Assembly: GCA_002633005.1 (NCBI GenBank)
Contig: NMRA01000519.1
Location: forward strand, 88,646 to 152,645
DNA length: 64,000 nucleotides
Direction of reading: 5' to 3'
DNA from: Phoronis australis
Taxonomy: Eukaryota; Animalia; Phoronida
The position numbers and the translations under genes were made by a program. Positions within the stretch are counted from its first letter, which is position 1. Every line of letters begins with the position of its first letter. Positions 51,301 through 62,855 of the stretch are shown here, in pieces. The notes under the pieces are model-generated. The model was not told the origin of the DNA, searched no databases, and saw only the letters and a program-made list of their open reading frames with translations.

Positions 51301-52136
51301 CAAAGGGGGTTGGGAATGTGTACATTGAAACTATGGACGTTAGTGCATATACCGCTCGTAATAAGGACCCACTGCAAATTACGATACCATAAAGAAATCT
51401 ATGTAAAGAAAAAATGCGGCGAATATAGTTGCGTGAAAGTCTGACCCTTCAATCGTACTGATATGCTGTTCGCTTGTCACTTTTCCAGTTACGTTTTTTC
51501 TCGCAGTGCAGCTCGTGTACTATTCGAATTTTATTTTGTAAAAATCTAACTTGACTCAATGGCTCGCATTCGGGTCACCAGTTATTTTAGTAAGACGTCA
51601 TTTGTTGTCAAAATCCCTTACCATACACTGTAACATGCCAGACGATTTGATCTGTCGTTGTTACTTAGAAGTAAAATACACTGGAACTTAAATAGTGCTT
51701 GCAGGAGTATTTGATTTTTATAGTACTACACACAGTCAATACGGTACTTTGCGTTCACTTCGGAAGTTTCTTTTCATTACCTTCAGTTCGCAAGTTTAGT
51801 GAAATAGGTCCCAGGATCTTACGGATCAATTGGAGATGATTTATTGGCTATCTACGTTATCTCAGCCATCATCAAAAATATGTGAAAAAATTGGACGTAA
51901 TTCGCATCGTTTTAATGTACGTTCTCCCCTTTAATAGTTAGAGTAGGTGGTAGTTTGTTTGAAATTTCATTAGTCATTTGAGGAGGAGTTACATTTTGCA
52001 GAGTGCCTTGTCAAGATTTTGTCGCGTGAATCCACCTAGCATTCGTACCAAAGGTGGCGCTCTATCGCACAAGTGTTACAGCGGTCCTACTAATTTCCTA
52101 CACAAACGTCCGTTGGTGCTTACCTGAAGGTGACAT
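48354..52136 (-). CDS. Single-Sushi/CCP-like transmembrane protein, paralog B (exons 52124-52136, 50939-51178, 50152-50394, 48354-48847)
   Basis: Putative start ATG TCA CCT TCA G|gtaagc; YCVLNIP..GARVTFVCKEGYHW..IKCLK..GC; TM WWIIALITVGVIFVMTVSTICIW-ADVKRKR; tail ending PSEGVP*. Phase 1 introns. The start exon is the least certain part. Confidence 0.8.
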
Positions 52137-53253
52137 TCTTGTTGAATTGCACTTTTAAGTTTTTCTTTATCTAAAGGGTTTAGCTGCCAAACCACTCGAA
52201 GATGCTTCCAAAGTCATAAAAATTTGAAACCAAAAGTTAATAAAGAGGTGTGGAAATCTGCGATAGAAACTCTTCACCGATAGAGTGTACATGAAGTCAC
52301 GTAAACCAAACATGTATATGTACAGACAGCTGCCTTGCATGACACGTTCTTGAAAATGTTGTGGTTTATCGCACAATCCCGCCAAATTGAAAGTATCGTA
52401 CTTTTAAAGCGGTCATAAACCATTTTCACAAAAGACTTTACTGGCGACAGATTAAGCTCAACATGTTGACTATTCATGGCTTCTTATTTTATTGGCAGAG
52501 CATATAAACTGTCTGTACTTTGCGAAACCAAATTCCAATCTTACCTGAGCAAGGGACAAGTTAAAACTGATTTTAAAGCGACACTGGTGGCCTTAAAGAT
52601 GTTTTAACGTAGTCGGTTTTGTTGCCGTTTTTTATTTCAGAACAAAGAAAAGATTAATCTTGTGCAAATTTTATGAAAATTATGTGGCATTTTACCCCGA
52701 AAACACTCATGCTGCAACAACTTCATCACGAAAGTGGAGTGAAACGTGGAAGCATATTTCTTGCAAACCAAATCTTCGAGAAAAATGCCAAAGATTCTTT
52801 ATATTTTTGTGGCTGACATTTTTCCCTGAGGCGACGTTGAAAACAATGCGATGCATATTGGACAGAGATCGAGGCTATTCTCTGGTCTATCTCTGACTTT
52901 GATATGGACGGTTCCTAATAATACGACTTAATTTTGTCCCGTTTCACCTGACTGGTGAGAAACCGTGCTTCATTTGACATTGACCATATAGTTTTGTTAC
53001 AACGATTTTCAATTCAGGATATTCCGCAAGTATGCAAATGACGTCAAATAACAAGTACTGGAAAACCCTGTCACCGCATACCATGATTCTGAGCCGGAAA
53101 AATACTCATTTAAAAACTTTCTGAAAATAACTTTAAATGTGCTGTTATTATAACTTGACTTAAAGAATCATTCATAAAATCCGACATTGAAACATGTGTT
53201 TCAAGAGAAAAAACGAGATCATTCATGATTTGCTCCGATTTTTTAAAATATAA

Positions 53254-56200
53254 TTATGGAATTTCATCTGACTCATAGACTTCATTGGAAGCTTGTTTTA
53301 CTCGAGCTCTTATGTTCATTTTAACCGGTTGCTCAAATCGTACTGTTGGAGGAAGCGAGATCCTCCTTTTCTTCCTAGAAGTGGCTACATGTAGGTCATT
53401 ATCAGTAGACCTCAAAGCTGGACCGGCAGACATCGCTCTTGGTCGCTTTCCTCCATAAGCGATGTCTAATTCCCTTTCTTGATGGTCGAATTCATCCATT
53501 ATGTCGGCTGCCCGCTGCCTATACTTCTCCTGCGCCTTTTTCAAGATTTCTTTCCTCTTTGCCGTCTTCATGCGTCTCTCCTCGTTAGCAGCATCAGCAC
53601 GTTTTTCATATTTCTTTTTAGCTCTTGACAGGATAGTGTCCCTGTGATGTTGCCTTTCCAAACGCTGCCTTCTATAGAAATATTGCAGTTTGTCTTCATT
53701 TTTCCACGCCTTGCGTTGTAGATAAGATTGATTTTTACCACTAGACGGTTCTTCTGAAAAAAAAAACTTAGATTTTGCATAAATGCTGCAGATATCTTAT
53801 TCTTGTCATTGACACGTATATGTTAACGACGAACGTTCAGTACAGTTTGATCAGGTAGGTACGTGTATAATTGGCATCTTGTAATGGATTTCTCCGCAGC
53901 TTCAACATAAATGTATTTGCCCGCGAAGAGTTGGACAGGGCAGCAGTTTACATGTCCCCACCTCATAAGCCCATAAACCAGTTTGCAGTTGAATCTTGTA
54001 AATGTATATGCATTTGGAACGCCAACTCCAGCACGTGACCAATGCATTTTATTATTAGAGCTTGCGACCCCAAAAATTGACGAGAGTTTGGACTGTAAGT
54101 TTCCCCCAGCCTGTTCGAATGAGTTTTGATCAAGAATTAAAGCAATCAATTTAAGCTCAATTCCAGTGCTATAGCTTTCATTTTGACAAATGCATCAAGT
54201 GAGAGTCTTGAGCTGCGGGCCAAATTAGTTAACCAACCAGTCAATTCCGTTTGTCATCTCCACTCTAAGAGCCATTTTCGACAACATATCACACCACATG
54301 CTAGGAGTTTCCATTTTTTTAGTTTTTCTCGCCATTTCGCTTTTCGACTATCGGCGACACTCACATGTTATCATGTAGTTCAGGAAGTTACCACGCGACG
54401 TAAGACTATTTTCCAGTACGACTAAAAAGAAAAAAAGGACGCTTTATCGGTTTTTGAGGCACCCTCACTTTTGTAGCACACACAATTGCCTATATGACTA
54501 AAAACATAACACGCCGTCGGTCTCTTTTAGGTGTAACGTCTCCACTCCTATAAAAACATTGTCTGCACTTGTTTGTATATTGCGGTGAACATGTCACTCT
54601 AGCGTTTTGTCATAAACCAGATATCCTGCTTTGTATCAGGAAGTCCTACTTTCCAATCCGATCATGCCGTATTTTTTATTCTGTAATGCCATGCTCATTT
54701 GTCTCTTTGTCATGAATATTGTTTTTCTCTGTAGCCCGCTTTCTTTAATAACATTACAATCGTAAAAAAGTGTCCTCATAGTTCTCGTTTACGGTAATAC
54801 ACACCCCATGTACATGTATCAGGATCACTACTTTTACACTCCGAAGAAATGAGTTTATTTACAAACTATTGTGGTAAATTTCAAGATGCATTCTACGTAA
54901 GTATCTATCCACAGCACATTTCAAACCTACATGTACACAGACAAATCAGGAACCTCAACTGGGAATCGAACCACAGGTCTCGAGATTGCCAGTCTAGTAC
55001 TCTTACCAATGATCTACCGAGGACCCGATATCTGTGCAATTACTGTTTGCCGCCAACTGTTACAATGTATGTCGTACATGTTCATCACATGTGTATATGT
55101 ATGTGTATGTATAGATGAGGTATAGTAAATATATAGACGCTGGGGTAGGCCAATAGTAAAATATATCAAATAAACACAGGAACATCAGGAACCACAACTG
55201 ATTTGTCTCTGTTTAGTTGATATATTTTACTATTGGCCAACATCAGCGTCTATACATGTATATCTACACAATAGAAATGTGCTCGTTTTTATCTATCGGG
55301 ATGCCTTCATGTGCCTTTATTTAGCATATTTTTTAAAATATCACTGCATCCTAATTTTTTACTGAAGAACTGTATCACAGGTCCAATTGATACATCTATG
55401 TAGATATCCATAACTTTGGATGGATGGCTAACTAAATTTTTCACAGCAACTGTGTTGGATTCAGATTCTAAACTTGGTGTTTTGATAGCTTAGAAATCTT
55501 TTGAATCATTGAAAACAGTTCCCTTCTGGTTAAATTAGCCATATTTATATAACCTATATTGTTCATTTCTTTTTATATAATACTATTACACCCTATCACC
55601 TTCCATTTTGGTAACAAATTTTTATGATTATTTTTTATGAAATAAATGAGGAATCGTTTGCTTCTGTTGTGATCATACACCATCACGAACTGACGAAGGT
55701 TTTTCTAATGATATGATACTTATGCAAATCGGTTGAAAAATGGGGAGTCGCGAAATGTTTAGTCGTCAGTCAATTCCACATAAATAACGGACACGGAACA
55801 AAGGAATGTCACGCATGCGCGGCACAACCTCAGTAGTGCAAAAATGACGCTGACATTTCCTGGCTGAGTTCTGTGGCAATATGACAGCAAGCCTCCTTTT
55901 TGATGAAGCCATTCTCTCGCAAACATTTGTGTTGCTGTGGCATAGGTTACACAGTGACATAGCAATACCAGTTCAAGAAAGAAAATACGCAAACGCCAAC
56001 TTGTGCACGATTATTAAACTTACCGATGTCGGTAGATGGCGGTTCTTCACTGGATTCATCGGTGTCGTCACTGCTTAGTGCCAGAGCATCGTCTATAATC
56101 TGCTGCACTTGACGTCGTTTCTCTTTCTCCTGTTTAAGTTGTTGCTCGAGTCGCCTGACAACAACGGTTTGCGACTTTTGAGTCTCGCCACGCCGATTTG

Positions 56201-59200
56201 TCACGAAAAACCAGTAGCCAACAGCTCCGACGATTGCTAATAGGATAACAACTCCAAATGCGCCCAGCAGCCAATGCCACCAAATGGAAACTATCGTGAT
56301 AAACAAAAGTTGAAGGTCACGAGAGCATTATGCACGGAAACCACATCTGCTGAGAACGAGCTATTGCATGTTTTCATCTTATGTATTATTAAATGACAGT
56401 CATAACCTTATGTACATGTATGTCCCTCGAAAAGCGACACCCCAAATTTGACTAACATCATCTGAAATTTTCGCCATCCTTGCTGCTATCCTGGCTAGAG
56501 AAAAACGGGCAATTTTTGGTAACAAGGGGACTTTGTACTCTCGGATAGTTGAAGCAGGCATTCAATAAAAGCTCTAAAAATTCCTTAAAACCAGCTCACT
56601 GAAGTTGTGTTCGCGTTTCGCGGAAGTGCTCAATTACCTGGTAGCCAACGGAACTTCATGTTTCAACCGGGTAAGACGTCATGTTGGCATGGGTATTGAA
56701 TAAGCTGCCTACCATATCCATACACGTTTTACTGCAGAAACAAAATCTATATGACCAAGTAATCGATATGGCGTTACTTTCAGATCCGGGTAAAACGGAG
56801 CAGAAGTCAGAAGAGTTGACTTTTTACTCACAAAGGAATCAGACAAGTAACGAGCACCTTCGCGCCAGTCATTCCCTGTTTGGTCAACATAATATCCATC
56901 CAACCTGGCCCACCCCATTTTTTTCATTTTGGAGCTAAGCTGGCACAAACTGTGTATACTTCTTATAGTAGGATGACATTGCGAAATCTGATGTGGGCCA
57001 ACTTTGTCGAAACTTCTGGAAAATACCCACAAACCTTTTGTGCACGCTCCAGGAAGCTTAAATGTCCCGTTCCTACACGGCACCACGTTAATCAGTTCGT
57101 GTGTTGAGTCTCCATGTGCTGGCCAGTCGAAACCTCGGTTACAGAAAAATGTCACGTGGGCTCCTGACTCGATTTGATATTCTGCTCCAATGGAGAGAAT
57201 TATCTGTTCTGTTCCATTGCCAAGTGCGTGAAATGCTTTGAAATTTCGATGTTCCGGTACCTTGACAGTGCAGTTGCCTAAAAAAAAGTTGCAGTAATAC
57301 AGAGACATTCGTGACCATACATGTATGTTAAACAATGGCGGCCTGGTACCCGTAGCACTAGACATGCGCGAGCCATGCTTGGAGGCTGCGGTGAACTGAC
57401 CACCTGGAGCCACGTTTATGGTTGATGTGAGTTAAAACCGAGGTGAGTAGATAGAGACCAGGCGTGCGTTCAGTAGACGCTAGGACCTACGCTAGGACCT
57501 AGCCAAAAGCTAGTCAAGGTCACGTGCTCTTATTTAAAATACACGGCAATATCACGCGTAATCTCGCAAAGTCTTGCTTTTAAGCTAGGTCCTAGCGTAA
57601 CTGAACGGGAGGCAGGTTTACGAGTTGAGCAGTCTGGCGAAGTGATCGAGACTCGAACTCAAGACCTCCTCGAGTAAATGAAGTTTGCAGCACTGCCACA
57701 CCAGGTCAACCCGCCTCCTCTTCATTGCATGTGTTTGGTCAAATGATGGCTTTTATATGAATTCTGTGCTTGGTGAAACCAGCAACAGGGTTAAAACGAG
57801 CTAATTAAGTGACACGGTAACACAAAAAGCTCTTGGTGAGCAGCGATTTTTCCCCGGCACTTGTGTATTTCCGCTGTCACTTCTTAGTTGCTAGGATGAT
57901 GCCATGGTTTCCAATTGATCGGTCTTCGGAACAACATACACGTATCTCAGAAATGATTGAATGGAATCACGTGACTTGTTCAGATACTGGTTAAAGCTTT
58001 ACTTTCCAAACTAATTCTTTATTGTTTTAAAGGATCCCATGGGACCTGTGATGCTTTTGGGAACAAGCCCAACACACGTTTTATATTAAAATGAAATTAT
58101 ATTTTAGAAAACTGCGGTCGCGTTTTGAGACTTCACTGGGCATTTACATGTACATGTATGTCAAATGAAAGCTGGTAACGTTATCACTTCTGTTCTTTTA
58201 CTATAAGTTTGCCGCTGCAGCCTTTCCTTTGTATAAAAACACATTGAAACGTGACTCACGTTATGACAGATTAGTATAAAGTTAAAAATTGAAATGCACA
58301 TGGTTTTTTCTTCAAGAAATAGCATATCCTACATTTAAAGTGATATTTCTATGTGTGGATAATTGGCTAACTGTACAGGCCTACTGACAAGAAGTTACAT
58401 AATCTTAAATCAGCTCAGATCTGTTTTACTAAATTCAATGAAGATCCGTTTGACACAGTTTGCTGAGTTGTTCGAAACTTGTGACGCGTCATATTTCCGA
58501 TGTTTAAGGGATAAACGGTGCGAACTGTAGCGAGATTTGAACCCGGGCTAACGATTAACTCTGGCATAACTCAATTAAATCTGCTGAAAGCCTCTGGGCG
58601 CAAGTTCAGTTTTGAAGCCTACTGTTGTTTCCTCAACAAACATGACAGCATTGAATTTCCTTTCGAGATATAATACCGAATTATTGTCTATTTTTGAACC
58701 AGAACACTTGTCAATCTAGACAAATTCCTGACAAATACTTCGATATATTTTTTCGTCAAAATGGAGATAACTTGATATACAGTGGCGGATTTAGAGAGAG
58801 AGAGCAAGGAGGCCATACCTCTCCCCTAAAATTGTCCCAGATTCCATTTGGCATTTAAGGAGGCAAATGTCAGAAGCGCAATATCCTGGCTAATACTTTG
58901 CCTTGCCACCCACCACCAACTCAAAATCCAGGATCCGCCCTTGCTATACATGTACATGTAGTAGTCAAGTTCAGTTTACAAGTAAACACTTACATGTAGC
59001 GGCAGCTTCTATCTAGTGTGGTGTTAATATCTCATATAAGTACAATTTGTTTGACTAAAGCGCCACTTACTACAGACAAGAAGCTCATCTACGTATGTGG
59101 GTATAACAAAGGTCCTTTAAAATATGCGCCACGTGATTTAATACTGATGATGTCACTAACCTACACCGTGAGGAAGATTGGTTCAGGGAAGGTTTCACAG

Positions 59201-59589
59201 AAGCTTCCCACGAAAACACCAAGAGCCCCTCTCTGGATAAACATGGAAAATCCTACACGGAGTCTCGGGTTTTTAGCATCGCCAAACCTTTTGTACATTC
59301 AAATCCGTCAGCAACCCTCGGGCTTTTGACGAGACAGTTTTTTTTTAAACTAACCGTTGTCTTTTGCCCAAAACCAAGGCTCCGCCGTCCCCAATATACA
59401 TGTAAAGTATGTTAGCTAAGCAGCATAAATTATTACGGAAATTTCAGGGAATTTTCCACCTCCACCTCTTGAGTAACGACAACGGACTAAGAATCGTTCA
59501 GGTAAAGGAGTCCATCTCTCAAAGGCGATGCAGTGGATCTGGAAAGTGCTGCCATCTTTAGGAACACATGACCTACCTTTTGAAGTCAT
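53254..59589 (-). CDS. Single-Sushi/CCP-like transmembrane protein, paralog A (exons 59577-59589, 57035-57277, 56024-56290, 53254-53753)
   Basis: Putative start ATG ACT TCA AAA G|gtaggt; NCTVKVP..GAHVTFFCNRGFDW..VPCRNGTFKLPGAC; TM WLLGAFGVVILLAIVGAVGYWFFV-TNRR; tail ending ESDEIP*. Phase 1 introns. The start exon is the least certain part. Confidence 0.8.
55132..55254. mobile_element. Short palindromic MITE-like element
   Basis: tatagacgctg..ggccaatagtaaaatatatcaa is inverted as ttgatatattttactattggcc..cagcgtctata. Confidence 0.7.
57471..57613. mobile_element. Short MITE-like element with terminal inverted repeats
   Basis: cgttcagt..acgctaggacctagc at the left is inverted as gctaggtcctagcgtaactgaacg at the right. 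Confidence 0.6.
58780..58943. mobile_element. hAT-like MITE, same family
   Basis: cagtggcggattt ... ggatccgcccttg; flanks atata/ctata. Confidence 0.75.
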
Positions 59590-62202
59590 TTTGTCTTCAT
59601 TTTTCTTTAATGCCAGTCATGAAATATTCGCGCGAGTGCACGTACAGTACGAAGATGTATAACTTCATCTGGCTGAACTAGACATTATTTGCTTGCATTT
59701 ACAATTTGCCATTATGTTTGAAAACGTGGTATCGTGCTCAATCTACAATGGTTCTGCATGTTTAGAACACGCCCTATGTTAGCAACGGTGATAAAAAGGG
59801 GACATCGTGTCCTAAACGACAATTCACAACACCCATTTTTGTACCGCCAACCACAAGCACAAGTAATGAATAGTGACGACTTGTTTAGAAACATGTACAC
59901 CTTGGCACTAGATGGCGATAGGTTACATGTAATTGGTGGACGGCGACATCCTGCGCTTTGTAGGGGTTTGTTGCAGGGAGGTAATTCTCAACATTTTTCA
60001 TAATCGTTTCGTTACTGTCATGTCAGTTGTAGTTTTGGTTGAGTTTTGTTTCTTTTTTGTTCATTTGTATTTGCAAACAGACGCGTGCGTGTGTGTTCGT
60101 ATTGTGTGTACTCGTATATGTCTATAAAAAGGTACAGTGGCGTAATCACCTGTTGTCAATGTCCTGCCGTGGGAAAACAAAAATGCAAAACTTTCAAAAC
60201 GCTCATCTATAAATGGAATTAAGTATTCCCGTCCATTTTTGTTCGGTAACATTCCAAGCTAGGTCACGCCACTGACGATTTCGTGCTCGCATACAGTAAG
60301 ACTGCATGTTGGTTCCTATTCGGGGAATCCTTCTACGGCCGTACAGACTACTGTCACCTAATTTTCTCTGATGTCATTGGAAGTTTACGAACCGACACCG
60401 TCCAATAATGCGTTTGCAGAATTACAGCAAACGGCAAATAAAATCCGGGAAGTACCAGTTGCAAAGCTTTTTATAGCTTACAGCAAAAACAGAATTAAAA
60501 AAATAAACGTGATATGTTTTTCAGTGCAACGCGACATAACCTCATTAGAAGGAACACTTCACTGCCTCCTTGGACACTAAATGAATGAACTGCAAATTCA
60601 AATTTCAGATGCAGAGACAGACTGTTACATGAAAACACTTTTAAAGACCTCAGCCAATTGGTGGAGCTGTTGCGAGCACTGTGAGTTTCACATAATAACC
60701 TAATACAATTCTCAGAGTGCGTAGCATTCCAGGAGAATGAACGCTTCTGAAATAGAATCGTAACTGCATGACGAGCAAGCGTTCTCTACCTGACTTGACC
60801 GCCGCGCCACCACGCAGATGAGTTTCTGAAAGTACCAATTGCTACGTGTTCCATATTTGCAAAAGGGTTTTGAAAAGTAAGTCTTTATTTATGAAAGCCT
60901 CGAAAGTTTCATAAAATAACATGAAATGGTATCTTAAAAAAGACAGCGCTTTTGAGATTAATCTTGAACATTTAGTGTATATTCAATGAAATTCAACCTA
61001 CTTTCATTGATGCCGATGTTTCACTTTCAATATGCCTTTTATTTCGCTAAATTCTGCTAAAGCAAATTAGTTCTAAGTAAAGTATGAAATCACAAGATTT
61101 CCACTTTCAAAAAGTTTATGTCTACAGCTTTGCAAGCAGATATCTGGATAAATGCAAATACTTGTGATTACGATCCGTTTAGGAATTAGAGAATTTCGGC
61201 TATAGCGTTGAACACAAACGAGAACGTGTAGGGTGGCATTTTTTATGTTTCTGTGGCAAACCATTGACCTACATTTTCGCATTCAGGTCGGAAAGAACGT
61301 CAAGACTACTGATCTCACGTAAGACCAAAACACGTGTTTTAATTCCCGGATGATGCTATGAGCTCGTTAGAAGCATGCAGATTTTTAATGTTTTTGGAAA
61401 GTTCAGCTAACAGAACATGGTGCACGTGTCGTACCCCTTTTATTTTTTAGAATATAACGTCAGCTGTGGGACCCTCATTGCGATACTGATTTCTCCCAGG
61501 AAAAACAGTAACAGTGTGGTAATAAGCGACACAGCAGTAGTGCACTGATATTTCGATCCAAAACGTTTCAATTTTGGTAATATCTCATGAAAGCAAATGA
61601 CAGGATTAAATACTTTGATTATAAATATTCAAGTCAAACAGGAGATTGCGAATGAAACACAAACATTTTTCTCAGGAAAAGTTTACCCAAAATCAATATT
61701 GTAATCACAAAAAATGATAGCTTGGTGTTTTTAGAACTGGAGTGTTGGTTATTTTCAACGGAACACAATATAATGTTGTCAACACAGTCGTAAATTTTAG
61801 CCTCTCCCCTCGTCTGCCACCAGTCACAGTTCCATGAATCCAGTCATCAAAAGCCCGCGTGAACTTCTGCTCGCGTTCATGTTTAAAGTGTTGCAGATAA
61901 ACTCTCTAATATAAGGCAAACATGTACACTTCGCATGTAATTTTTCACAGTACATGTAGGTCTGCTTAAAGGTTCCGTTAAGCAGTCATCTGTTACCAGT
62001 TGTCCATGATTAATACACGTCTCAAGATTCGCATCAATATTCACTTTTTATATCAGAAATGACATGTTTTTCTATATTGGTTTTTCACGACACGTTCAAG
62101 GTCTCAGGGTCCGTGAGACTTCAGCCTTTTAAAAGATCAGGCCATGCATTGTATCTTCATCGTCTTGAAGCCCAACAGAACCGCGAACATTACCTGGAAA
62201 TA

Positions 62203-62855
62203 TCAATAACCACGTTTGGATGGTATAACGACTCGGGTACCATCTGGCTTGTACTCCAAAAAGGAGACTTTCTTTTCGACACTCAGAGAAGACGTTGGCA
62301 ACGTCTGTCGCTTCCGCGTGAATTTGTCCAAGTCTGGCGTCATTTCCTTATTCCGGTCGAGCACCATACTCGACTCGGCACCAGAAATGGACGCCCTCCG
62401 TGTCTTGCTCCTAGATAGGACGCTATCCTGCTGGAATATGTCGGGAATATAAACGTCAAACATGGTTCCCTCTTGGTATCCTTGGGCAAAGACATCGGTA
62501 GGGGTCTCTTGCACTGTCACTGTAGCCGGTACCGACGAGCTTGTTGGGGTTGACACTTGCTCCGTCACCGCGGTAGACGCTGTTGTAGCTGATGAATTTG
62601 TTAGCGATGTCTCATTCTGTGTGGATCCAGGACAACAGATGGCGTGCCAGCCACCGCTTCCCGATGGAGGCGCAGTCCCACGATTGCTCGGGGGAAGCGG
62701 CGAAGGTGCTTCCGGTGGTAAGCCCAGAGCAATCATTTTTGCCCTGTGTCGTTTGTCCTTCCACCAGCAACAAAGGAATAAAGTTAAAGTCAGTACAGAT
62801 AAAAATCCCGAGGAAACGCCGATCATGAGGTAGAGCAAGAAGTTTTCCCTTGTTT
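62203..62855 (-). CDS. TM + cytoplasmic-tail exon of a single-pass membrane protein (upstream exons not identified)
   Basis: ctttcag acceptor, phase 1; TM FLLYLMIGVSSGFLSVLTLTLFL-CCWWKDKRHR; Pro- and S/T-rich tail; about 217 codons open. Confidence 0.75.

Noticed and set aside
35672-59589. Juno-like domain next to the Sushi receptors as a fertilisation supergene
   Set aside because: Only adjacency supports it, and the folate-receptor-like domain cannot be assigned to Juno from sequence.
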